Assembly: GCA_963782815.1 (NCBI GenBank)
Contig: CAWALG010000041.1
Location: 184,310 to 248,309 of the forward strand
Source: an uncultured Acidobacteriota bacterium
GTDB taxonomy: Bacteria; Acidobacteriota; Thermoanaerobaculia; UBA5066; Gp7-AA6
Reading direction: 5' to 3'
Length of the DNA: 64,000 bases
The position numbers and the translations under genes were made by a program. How positions within the stretch are numbered: the stretch's first letter is position 1; every line of letters starts with the position of its first letter. The notes under the pieces are model-generated. The model did no database searches. It was given only the letters and a program-made list of their open reading frames with translations, and had not been told where the DNA came from. Shown in pieces: positions 20,773-29,351 of this stretch.

Positions 20773-21255
20773 CTAACGTGGCGAGATCGTCAGATCCTTC
20801 GTCCCCAACCCTTTCCATGAAGTCGGAGTGGTGCTCGAGGCTTCGCGGCCGAACATCTTCTCCACGCGATATGCACCCGGAGGCCAGGACGACGTGTCTT
20901 TCACGGCGAACCAGACGAAGCCGCCCGACGACAGAGGCTTCTGCTCTTCGCCCATCCGCACGTCGCCGTCGATGCGCTTCCAGATCACCCTGGCGGACGC
21001 TCCGGAAGGCGCGTTTCGAACCACGAACGCGATGTGGATCGGGTCGCCTGCGGTGAACTTGTCCGTCTCAGCCGTGACCTTGCCGTCCGCCGCGGCGGTC
21101 CTGCCGATCTGGAACTTGTCTTCGTACGTGTCCGGGTTGTTCGAGCGGGGTTGAGAGCTCGCGTCGCCCGACGCGGACGAGCCGGAGCCCTTGCCTCCAC
21201 ACGCGCCGCACAGGAGAGCGAGGGAAAGAGCCAGCGCGGTCATGATGGTCTTCAT
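20773..21255 (-). CDS. Small secreted lipoprotein-like protein
   Basis: MKTIMTALALSLALLCGACGG signal peptide with Cys, then low-complexity Ser/Gly linker and a small beta-rich domain. Sits between two GT39 paralogs on the same strand. Confidence 0.6.
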   Translation of the reverse strand: MKTIMTALALSLALLCGACGGKGSGSSASGDASSQPRSNNPDTYEDKFQIGRTAAADGKVTAETDKFTAGDPIHIAFVVRNAPSGASARVIWKRIDGDVRMGEEQKPLSSGGFVWFAVKDTSSWPPGAYRVEKMFGREASSTTPTSWKGLGTKDLTISPR

Positions 21256-21353
21256 TCGATTCGCCCGTCTGTTTTTCGTTCTCGGCGGATCTTAACAGGT
21301 TTTTGCCGCGGTCCCGGTCCTGGAGTCTTTCCGACGGCGACGGGATGGCGAAA

Positions 21354-23429
21354 TCAAGAGCCGGTCTGTGCGGAGAGAGAGCGGGGCTCTGCCGGGCGCC
21401 CCGCCGGCGCCTTCGGCGGGAGCGCCAGCAAGGCCAGAGCCGCCGCGAGAAGGAGACCGGTGGCCCAGCCGGCGGCCGACGTCTTTCCGAACGTGTTGTA
21501 AGGAGGCGCCGGCGGTGTTCCGGCCGGCGCGATCTGCACGGATCGAAAATGCAGCCAGCCGTGGCTGACGTGCCCCAGCGCTTGCGCCGAAGGGAACCTC
21601 TGTTGCAGGAGAGGCAACAGGCTCTGCGAGTGATTGGGCGTCAGGATCACCACGGTCGGCTTTTCCACCGCCGTCAGAAGACGGATGTCCTCCTCCGTCA
21701 CGTCCGTCCCGTCCGCGCCCCTGCAGAAGAACCGGAGCGTCCGGTCCAGGAAAGAAAGGGGATCGCGAACGAGGAGGATGCGCGTGCCGGCCGGCAGCCC
21801 GTCAATGAAGCGCGCCACGGCACAGTAAGGGCCGGCATTGTCCTCGATCGCGCGCCGGTAGCCACGCCAATTCTCGATGGCGGTGCCCGCGAGCACAGTA
21901 ATAAGGACCCCCGCGGTAACAAGCTTCGCCGGCCGCCCGAACGATTCGCCGAAGAGCGCGAGGAGCCGCTGCATTCCCAGCGCCGAGAGCACGGCAACGG
22001 CGGGCAGGGCCGCCACGAGGTGCACCCAGTCCGGAGGGTCGAGGGTCAGGACCCCGCCAACGATCAGCACAATCAGCAGCCACGACAGGAGCGCAAGCGC
22101 TCCGGGGCTCGTGGGGTGGCGGAGCATGAGCCCGAGGCCGAGCAGGAGAAACGCCGCGGTCGGGCCATCGACGAGAGGGCCCTGGTAGCCGAACTCGGAG
22201 CTCGAGTCGCCGAACACGTGGAAGGTCAGAAAGGTCCGGCGCGTCTGCTCCAGGAGCATCGCCGGGATCGTGTGGACGCCGTACTTCGTCATGGAATGGA
22301 TGCGGTTGGGCGGCGTGAAGACCATTGTCTCCGCCGTGCGCGCGACCATTGCCCGGGGCGTCCGCGCATAGAAGACGAGCATCGGCCCGATGGTCAGGAG
22401 CGCCGCCGCGGCCATCACGGTCCAGTCCATCAGGCGCCGCCGAACGTCCCCTCTGCGCTTTGCGAGGTCCCCGATCAGGATCACGGCCGCGAGAACCGGG
22501 GCTACCCGCCCCGATAAGTAGAGCAGGCAGGCCGCGCCGCCGGTGAAGCCCGCCAGCGCGAACCACCAACGGCCGCCCGTGCGGAGCCCTCGCAGGAGCA
22601 GGGCAACCATGAGAGTCACGGCGAGCACCGCCGCCGGCGTGTAGATGACGCGCGAAAAGTGGATCGCCGTGTAGCTCGTGGCCAGGAGGGCGGCGGCAAA
22701 CAATCCGACGCCCCGGCCGCCGACCTCGCGGCCCAGGAAGTAGACCGCCCCGATCTGAAGCGTGCCAAACAGGACCGACTGGATCATCAATCCGTGGAGG
22801 TTCAGGCCGAACACCGACGTAGAGATCCGGATGAGGTTGTATGAGACCAGGGGATGATTACCGTCGCCGACGCCGATCCAGTGCGGACTATTGATGAGCG
22901 CGACGACCTGGAGGCCCACCGAGCCGAAATCGGCGTCCAGCTCCGCCGGCCAGTCGGTCAGCCGCACGTACCGGAGGGCGAAGCCGAGGGCCGCGAGCGC
23001 GAAGAGGAGCGCGACCTCCCACCACCGCGCGCCGCCTTCCGCCGACGCTTCGATCGTTCCGCGACTGCGCGAAAAAGAGAAGAGAAAGAGCAGAGTCCCC
23101 GCCGCCCAGAGGATCTCAACTGCGAGGCTCTCGCCGGAAACGGCGTAGAGCACGGCCGCCAGCACGCCACACGCGACGCCGGCCGCCGAGATGGCGCGCC
23201 GGACCGGCCGGAGACGCGACGCGCCGGCTGCGGCCGACACACCGGGCCGGGCAGCCGCGAACATGGCCAGGAGAATGGCCGCGCCGAGGCAGAGGACCCC
23301 CAGGCGAAAGCTGGATTCAGATCCGATGCCCGCGAGCCGGAGACGATGGGTCAGGATGGCGTGGCCGACGAGCGCGGAGACGAGCGCGGCAATGAGAAAG
23401 GCGAGCGCGGTCCTGGGAAGCCGGCTCAC
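21354..23429 (-). CDS. GT39/ArnT-like GT-C glycosyltransferase paralog, intact 691 aa
   Basis: Polytopic membrane protein with LTDWPAELDADFGSVGLQ..., AIHFSRVIYTPAAV, FYARTPRAMV. Same architecture as the 19014..20753 paralog. ATGA overlap with the upstream methyltransferase. Confidence 0.7.
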   Translation of the reverse strand: MSRLPRTALAFLIAALVSALVGHAILTHRLRLAGIGSESSFRLGVLCLGAAILLAMFAAARPGVSAAAGASRLRPVRRAISAAGVACGVLAAVLYAVSGESLAVEILWAAGTLLFLFSFSRSRGTIEASAEGGARWWEVALLFALAALGFALRYVRLTDWPAELDADFGSVGLQVVALINSPHWIGVGDGNHPLVSYNLIRISTSVFGLNLHGLMIQSVLFGTLQIGAVYFLGREVGGRGVGLFAAALLATSYTAIHFSRVIYTPAAVLAVTLMVALLLRGLRTGGRWWFALAGFTGGAACLLYLSGRVAPVLAAVILIGDLAKRRGDVRRRLMDWTVMAAAALLTIGPMLVFYARTPRAMVARTAETMVFTPPNRIHSMTKYGVHTIPAMLLEQTRRTFLTFHVFGDSSSEFGYQGPLVDGPTAAFLLLGLGLMLRHPTSPGALALLSWLLIVLIVGGVLTLDPPDWVHLVAALPAVAVLSALGMQRLLALFGESFGRPAKLVTAGVLITVLAGTAIENWRGYRRAIEDNAGPYCAVARFIDGLPAGTRILLVRDPLSFLDRTLRFFCRGADGTDVTEEDIRLLTAVEKPTVVILTPNHSQSLLPLLQQRFPSAQALGHVSHGWLHFRSVQIAPAGTPPAPPYNTFGKTSAAGWATGLLLAAALALLALPPKAPAGRPAEPRSLSAQTGS

Positions 23430-24170
23430 GAGTCGAAGGCCCGCCCGGGCCCGGACTCCGCGGGTTTTCTTCCGAGGACCTCATACTGAGCTCCCAGAGG
23501 CATCCTCGAGACGATCGGTTCGAGCCAGCGGAGCCACGCGAGGGCTTTCGGGAACAGGAAGAGAAAATCCGTCCGCACAATCTCGAACCCGCCCGCGCGA
23601 AGAAGTCCGCGGGCCTCCGGCGGAGTGAGTGTGACGGCATCCTTGTCGAATTCGCATCGGCTCATCAGGAACTTCGTGGCCGGGTTCCACGGGTTTTGCT
23701 CCCACAGGGAAAAGAGCCCGCCAGGCTTGAGAGACCGGAAAAGAGTCTGAATGGCCGACGCCCGTTCGGAGACGGGAATGTGATGGAAGACGCAGCTCGA
23801 GAACACGAGGTCCACGCTTTCATCCGGCTCGAGCTCCTTTCGGGACAGGAAGGACGTGCGCGCGCCGCCGAAGCCGCGGCGGGCCACCTCGATGAGCTTC
23901 GGCGAGTCTTCGACTCCGAGCACACTTTCGGCGTTCAGCAACTGGTGGATCCATGGAGTGGTCGATCCCGTCCCGCAGCCGAAATCCATCACCGAGCGAG
24001 GACGCAGGCCCAACTCGTCCAGTTGTCGCGCGAGCCAGGCGATCCTCCCGCGCGCGTAGTATTCCTTCCCCTCTCCGGAGACAGCGAGCGTCTTCTCGAG
24101 AATCTCGTTGTAATCCTCCGCGTACCTGTCGAAAGCGGGGGGCGCGGAAACAACGCTCCTCGCGTTGAAC
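23426..24170 (-). CDS. Class I SAM-dependent methyltransferase; N-terminus unresolved (frameshift)
   Basis: VMDFGCGTGSTT motif I, DLVFSSCVFHHIP, LKPGGLF. Upstream in-frame region encodes FNARSVVSAPPAFDRYAEDYNEILEKTL but lacks a canonical start before an in-frame stop. Confidence 0.65.
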
Positions 24171-24351
24171 GGGCCGCTCGCCCGCCGGGCTGCCTTCGCC
24201 TTCCGTCAAATTGAGCGGCCTTCCGGGGAGCGACGACGCATGCGCTCATCGTACTGCACAAGCCGGAGCGGTCCTACCAACGCTTCCGTGTTAGCATCTT
24301 TCGGAACGCGATCCTCGTGGAGTCCCGGGGCGAAAACGCGAGCAAACGAAA

Positions 24352-25359
24352 TTGGAAAAGGTCTACCTCTCCACGGTGACACCCGTCTTTCAGGGTGCCG
24401 ACTATCTGGCGGAGCTCGTCGAAGCCCTGGCGGCCGTGCGCGACGAGTTCGAATCCAAAGACTTTCCGATCGTAATGACCGAGGCGATCTTCGTCAACGA
24501 CGAACCGATCGACGGCTCCGCCCGCCTGCTGGAGGGCCTCCGGGCCACATACCCCTGGGTCAAGACCGTCCAGCTTTCCCGAAACTTTGGACAGCACCCG
24601 GCGACCGTGGCCGGTATTCTCCACTCTTCGGGCGATTGGGTCGCCACTCTCGACGAGGACCTTCAACATCACCCGCGATTGCTCCTTCCGCTCCTTCTTC
24701 ACTGCGTGACGCAAGACCTCGATGTCGTCTATGCGAGGGCCGAAAGCCCGGTTCACCAGTCCGGATTTCGCGACGTTTCTTCGCGGCTCTTCAAGACCCT
24801 CGTCAGCAGGCTCACGGGCAATCCACACATCCGGAAGTTCAATAGCTTTCGAGTGATGCGCGGCAGCATCGGGCGGGCCGCTGCGGCCGTCTCGGCCCAC
24901 GACACCTACTTCGACATTTCGCTCAGCTGGTTTACAAACCGGATTGGCGCTCTCACCCTTCCGCTGAAGGACCGGCGGTACATCGAACAGCAGAAGAGCG
25001 GGTATGGAATCCCGGATCTGCTGCGGCATGCCTGGAAGATGATGGCATCTTCAGAGCTGAGAATCCTCCGGATCGGGGCCACCGTGGGAGTTCTCTCCCT
25101 TGTCGGCAGCGTCGCGCTGGCGGTCGCCACGATCGCGGTAAAGATCCTCTTTCCCCAGACGATCCCGGTTCCGGGCTGGACATCGCTGCTCCTGGTGACC
25201 CTCTTCTTCGGAGGGTTGATCTCCTTCCTCGCCGGCATCGGTCTCGAGCTGATCACGGCGCTCGTGGTCCAGGCCAAGGGCAAGCCGGCGTTCTTCGTGA
25301 TCGACCGCAACAAGGACGACTGTCTTCGTGCCTGGGCGCAAACCCTCGGCAGCAGATGA
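24352..25359 (+). CDS. GT2-family polyprenol-phosphate glycosyltransferase with C-terminal TM helices (GtrB/ArnC-like)
   Basis: TVTPVFQGADYL..., NDEPIDGSA, LSRNFGQHPA, TLDEDLQHHP (DxD region), two C-terminal TM helices. TTG start at 24352, other start possible. Confidence 0.75.
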   Translation: MEKVYLSTVTPVFQGADYLAELVEALAAVRDEFESKDFPIVMTEAIFVNDEPIDGSARLLEGLRATYPWVKTVQLSRNFGQHPATVAGILHSSGDWVATLDEDLQHHPRLLLPLLLHCVTQDLDVVYARAESPVHQSGFRDVSSRLFKTLVSRLTGNPHIRKFNSFRVMRGSIGRAAAAVSAHDTYFDISLSWFTNRIGALTLPLKDRRYIEQQKSGYGIPDLLRHAWKMMASSELRILRIGATVGVLSLVGSVALAVATIAVKILFPQTIPVPGWTSLLLVTLFFGGLISFLAGIGLELITALVVQAKGKPAFFVIDRNKDDCLRAWAQTLGSR

Positions 25360-26315
25360 TCCTGCTCACGGACCACGCCTCTCGCCCCCGCCGGGACGCC
25401 TTCGCGGTTTTCGGAATCGGCCTGATCGGGTCGGCTCTGGTCTCCGCACTGAAGTCCGTCGCCCCGGCCAGGGAAGAGCGGCTCGATTTCGACTGGACGA
25501 GGCCCGAGATGCAGGCGACCCAGGCCGGCCATCTGGAGCGCCGTCTCGAAGCCACGATCACTTCCGCGACGGCTCCTGCCCGCATTCACTTCCTCTGGAG
25601 CGCGGGACGCGCGGGGTTCCTCTCCTCGGGCGAGGAAGTGGACCCGGAGCTCCGGAGCTTTCGCAATGTCCTCGCCCTGGCGGAAAGGACCGCCCTGCGC
25701 TTTCCCGGCGTTCCCGCGACGTTCTGCCTGATGAGCTCCGCCGGCGGCCTGTTCGAGGGGCAGCGTCAGGTCACGAGGGACTCGCTGCCCACACCGGCGC
25801 ACCCGTATGGTCGCCTGAAGCTGGAGCAGGAGCGTCTCTTACTCAATAGCGCGGCTCCGCTCCGCAAGGCGATCTATCGGCTCACTTCAGTCTACGGCCC
25901 TCTGCGGCCGGGACAGCGGCGCGGCCTCATTGGCACACTCGTTGTCAATGGCCTTCGGCAGCGAGTCTCGCAAATTGTCGGCTTCATGCGCACGCTGCGC
26001 GACTTCGTCTGGGTGGAAGACATTGCCGTGTATCTGACTCGGAAGCTCCGATCCGATGCCGGAATAGAACCCGATTCGATCTCCGTGCTGGGCTCGATCA
26101 AACCTTTCTCGATTTTCGAGATCCAGAGGATCGTCGAGAACACTCTGCGGCACAAGATCTATCTGGGCTATTCCCTCCAGGCCCCGAATAGTGAAGACAT
26201 CACGTTCAGCGCGGACGTCTTCCCAATGGATTGGCATCCAAGCGACCTCAAGTCGAACATCCGTCGCCTTTACACGGAGGCCCTCGCGAAGGGATTCGCG
26301 TTCGAGGATCGCTGA
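25356..26315 (+). CDS. NAD-dependent epimerase/dehydratase-like protein (extended SDR, atypical glycine motif)
   Basis: AVFGIGLIGSAL N-terminal Rossmann-like segment, PYGRLKLEQE (YxxxK-like), 319 aa. ATGA overlap with the upstream GT2. Confidence 0.6.
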   Translation: MILLTDHASRPRRDAFAVFGIGLIGSALVSALKSVAPAREERLDFDWTRPEMQATQAGHLERRLEATITSATAPARIHFLWSAGRAGFLSSGEEVDPELRSFRNVLALAERTALRFPGVPATFCLMSSAGGLFEGQRQVTRDSLPTPAHPYGRLKLEQERLLLNSAAPLRKAIYRLTSVYGPLRPGQRRGLIGTLVVNGLRQRVSQIVGFMRTLRDFVWVEDIAVYLTRKLRSDAGIEPDSISVLGSIKPFSIFEIQRIVENTLRHKIYLGYSLQAPNSEDITFSADVFPMDWHPSDLKSNIRRLYTEALAKGFAFEDR

Positions 26316-26489
26316 GGGACCGTGAAGGTCCCCCGCGGCAAGCTCCGACCAGCGATACGGGATCTTGTGCCAAATGGGCGGATCGTGCTACGTTCGCCGA
26401 AGACCCCGGTACGACTGCCGCTGCGGAGGTGAGTATTGAGGCTCTATTTGACCGGATGGGCAAGGATTCTCCAGGACACGGTCGTTCGC

Positions 26490-27056
26490 ATGCCAGGAAA
26501 GACCGTTCCTGGGCTCTGGCGGACCCGTCGAGACTTCCTTGGCGTCCTGGTGGGAGCCGTCCTCCTGGCGGCCTTCGGGCTCTTGGAAGGGTGCAAGTCT
26601 GAAAAGCCTTCCTCCGAATCATCCGAAGCCATGCCTGTTCAAACCCCGACCAATCTCGGCGACATGTCGGTCAAGGGCGTCTCGCAAGGGTGGGGGACGC
26701 TCCACTTCGACCTCAACGTGACCGGCACGCCCCTCTCGATTGGCGGAAAGGGGTACAAGACGGGCCTCGGGACCCATGCGATCTCGCGGATCGAGATCTC
26801 CTTCCCCGCCAACTACAAGACGTTCACCGGGTCGTGCGGCGTGGACGACGCTGTGGAGAACCGCGGCTCGATCGTGTGCAAGATCCTGGACGGCCAGAAG
26901 GTTCTCTTCGAGAGCCCGGTGATGAAGGGGAAAATGAAAGCGGCGGACTTCAGCGTCCCTGTGAACGCGCTGACCGGCCTGGTCCTGATCGTCGAGAACG
27001 GTGGGGACGACATCGATTCGGACCACGCGGACTGGGTCAATCTGAGCCTCAAGTAG
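26490..27056 (+). CDS. NPCBM (NEW2) carbohydrate-binding-module lipoprotein with Tat-like signal
   Basis: RRDFLGVLVGAVLLAAFGLLEGC (twin-Arg plus lipobox Cys). SIGGKGYKTGLGTHAISRIEISFP...GSCGVDDAVENRGSIVCKILDGQKVLFESP...DHADWVNLSL match the NPCBM/GH98-associated module. ORF track starts at 26436 (alternative start). Confidence 0.75.
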   Translation: MPGKTVPGLWRTRRDFLGVLVGAVLLAAFGLLEGCKSEKPSSESSEAMPVQTPTNLGDMSVKGVSQGWGTLHFDLNVTGTPLSIGGKGYKTGLGTHAISRIEISFPANYKTFTGSCGVDDAVENRGSIVCKILDGQKVLFESPVMKGKMKAADFSVPVNALTGLVLIVENGGDDIDSDHADWVNLSLK

Positions 27057-27168
27057 CCGCCTGGTGCGCTTATTCCGGCCCGCGGGGCACGGCTCTCGCG
27101 ACGGCCGATCAGCCTCCGGCGCTTGCAAGTCCTGACCCCGGTGGTCGCGGCGGGCCCGTCAGAATCGG

Positions 27169-27951
27169 TCAGAGCTTCAGACGCTTGAAGATCTTCTCCG
27201 GAATGAGGCGGATCAGGAGCATCACGAGCCGCCAGAACCGGGGCACGTATGCCTGGTCCTTCTCCTTGAGGATGGCCTGGACGATTTCCCTTGCCGCGGC
27301 CTGCGGCGAGGCGACCAGGAAGAGGCCGGACCGGCCATACGTCATCTGGGTGTCCACGAATCCCGGCTTGATCGTGATGACCCGGACGCCGGAGCGGGAG
27401 AGCCGGTTGCGAAGCCCCTGGAGGAAGACGGTGAGCCCCGCCTTCGCGGCCCCGTACATGTAGTTGCTCTGCCGCCCGCGGTCGCCGGCGACCGAGGAGA
27501 GCGCGCAGAGGAAGCCGCCGCCTTTCTCTTCGAGGTGGTTTGCCAGGAGGCTCAGGATCGAGACGGCGCCGAGCAGGTTCGTGTCGAAAATCCGCTTCGC
27601 CTCCGCCGGATCCTTCTGCGCGACGGACTGGTCGCCGAGGTAGCCGAAGCAGAGAACGGCGCCGGCCAGCGAGTCTTCCGACCCCTCGCGGCAGGCCGCA
27701 AGGAATGCGCCGTGCGTGTCGAGGGCCGTCGCGTCGAACGGCCGGGCCTCCGCCCGGACGCCGTGGCGCAGCCGGAGATCGGTGGCGAGGGCGTCGAGCT
27801 CTTCCGGATCGCGCCCGGCGAGCTGCAGGTCGAAGCCCCGGCGCGCGAGCTCGTCCGCGATGGCCCTCGCGATCGCCGAGGCGGCTCCGAGAATCAAGAC
27901 CGTCCGGCCGGGCGGAACGGGGACTCTCGGGGCGGCGGTCCCGGCGGTCAT
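27169..27951 (-). CDS. dprE2: DprE2 homolog: decaprenylphospho-2-keto-beta-D-erythro-pentose reductase-like SDR
   Basis: 260 aa. TVLILGAASAIARAIADEL, SSVAGDRGRQSNYMYGAAKAGL (YxxxK), C-terminus VPRFWRLVMLLIRLIPEKIFKRLKL aligns to M. tuberculosis DprE2 end (...[21 protein letters not shown]). TGATG overlap with dprE1. Confidence 0.8.
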   Translation of the reverse strand: MTAGTAAPRVPVPPGRTVLILGAASAIARAIADELARRGFDLQLAGRDPEELDALATDLRLRHGVRAEARPFDATALDTHGAFLAACREGSEDSLAGAVLCFGYLGDQSVAQKDPAEAKRIFDTNLLGAVSILSLLANHLEEKGGGFLCALSSVAGDRGRQSNYMYGAAKAGLTVFLQGLRNRLSRSGVRVITIKPGFVDTQMTYGRSGLFLVASPQAAAREIVQAILKEKDQAYVPRFWRLVMLLIRLIPEKIFKRLKL

Positions 27952-29309
27952 CACGGGAGGATCCCCACGCGGCGCGCCTGAGAAGAGGAAAACCTGTTCC
28001 CCGGGTCGAGCCCCGCCCGGATCCGGCGGAACTCGTCGAGCCCGGGATACATCGCGGCGAAGGTGTCGCGGGCCATGAGGGCGTCCTTGGCGAGGTAGAG
28101 GCGGCCGCCGTGGCGGAGGACGAGCGCGTCGAGGTTCGCCAGGAACGGGGCCAGGTCTTTCGTGACCGGGAGGTCGAGGGCGAGCGTGTAACCGGGGAAC
28201 GGGAAGGAGAGAAGCCCGGCGGTGGCGCCGCCGAAGCGTTTGAGCACTCCGAGAAAGGAACCGCGGCCCGAGGCGCTGACCCGCTCGAGCACCTGCGTCA
28301 GGCCCGCCCGGCTCGTCTCCGGGGGGAACGCGAGCTGGTACTGGACGAAGCCGCGCCGTCCGTACATCCGGTTCCAGCCGCGGATCGAATCGAGGGGATA
28401 GAAGAAGCTGTCGATGTCGGCGAGACGCCCCGAAACCGTCCGGTGCAGCCGGTAGAAGAGGGCGTTGAAGGCGCCGACCGTGAGCGGATTCAGGAGCCCG
28501 GAGGGGAAATCCACCGGAACGGCTCGCTCGGCGCGGCGCCGGGGCGACAGCGGATCCCCGGAATTCTTCGGCAGGTCGCTCCGCATCGCGGGGTTGGCGC
28601 GCATCAGGACCGACCGGCCGAGCGCCTTCCCCCTCGCCAGGCAGTCGATCCACGCCACCGAGAACTCGTAGAGGTGATCCGACTCCTCCATCGCGTCGAT
28701 CGCCGCCTCGAAGTGCGGGACCTTCCGGTAGTCCACCAGGACGTGCGCCGTCTCGACGCGTTGAAGGCGCAGGCGGGCGGAGAGGATCAGGCCGGTCAGC
28801 CCCGCGCCGCCGACGGTCGCCCGGAACGCCTCGGAGTTCTCCCGGGGGGAGCAGGTGAGGACCTCTCCCTGCGACGTCGCCAGCCGGAAGTCGAGCACGA
28901 AGTTGGAGATCGATCCGACCTTGTGGTGGTTCTTGCCGTGGACGTCGTGGGCGATCGCTCCCCCGAGGGTCACGAACTTCGTCCCGGGCGTCACCGGCAG
29001 GAAGAAACCGCGGGGGAGGAAGCAATCGAGGATCTCCGCGAGCGTGACGCCGGCTTCGCACTCCAGGACGGCTGTTTCGGGGTCGAACGCGATCAGGCGG
29101 TTCAGGCGCTCGAAGACGATGACGCCGCCGCCTCCGTTCACGGCGGCGTCCCCGTAGCTTCGCCCCACGCCCCGGGCGATGTACGTCGCCTCCCCGCCGG
29201 AATCCAGGATCGCCGCGAGACTCGCGCGCTTCTCGGGACGAAAGACCCGGCAGGTCTCCACCGGGAATCGGCCCCAACCGGAAAGCGGGCGAACCGCCGA
29301 CGGCTCCAT
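27951..29309 (-). CDS. dprE1: DprE1 homolog: FAD-dependent decaprenylphosphoryl-beta-D-ribose 2-prime oxidase-like
   Basis: Intact 452 aa. LSGWGRFP, GRSYGDAAVNGGGGVI, GTKFVTLGGAIAHDVHGKNHH, ATVGGAGLTGLIL, FYPLDSIRGWNRMYGRRGFVQYQLAFP, GGRLYLAKD align block by block with M. tuberculosis DprE1 (Rv3790). Confidence 0.85.
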   Translation of the reverse strand: MEPSAVRPLSGWGRFPVETCRVFRPEKRASLAAILDSGGEATYIARGVGRSYGDAAVNGGGGVIVFERLNRLIAFDPETAVLECEAGVTLAEILDCFLPRGFFLPVTPGTKFVTLGGAIAHDVHGKNHHKVGSISNFVLDFRLATSQGEVLTCSPRENSEAFRATVGGAGLTGLILSARLRLQRVETAHVLVDYRKVPHFEAAIDAMEESDHLYEFSVAWIDCLARGKALGRSVLMRANPAMRSDLPKNSGDPLSPRRRAERAVPVDFPSGLLNPLTVGAFNALFYRLHRTVSGRLADIDSFFYPLDSIRGWNRMYGRRGFVQYQLAFPPETSRAGLTQVLERVSASGRGSFLGVLKRFGGATAGLLSFPFPGYTLALDLPVTKDLAPFLANLDALVLRHGGRLYLAKDALMARDTFAAMYPGLDEFRRIRAGLDPGNRFSSSQARRVGILP

Positions 29310-29351
29310 GGTCTTCGGGCTTCTATCTGCCGCGAGGCGTCGGATTGAGGC

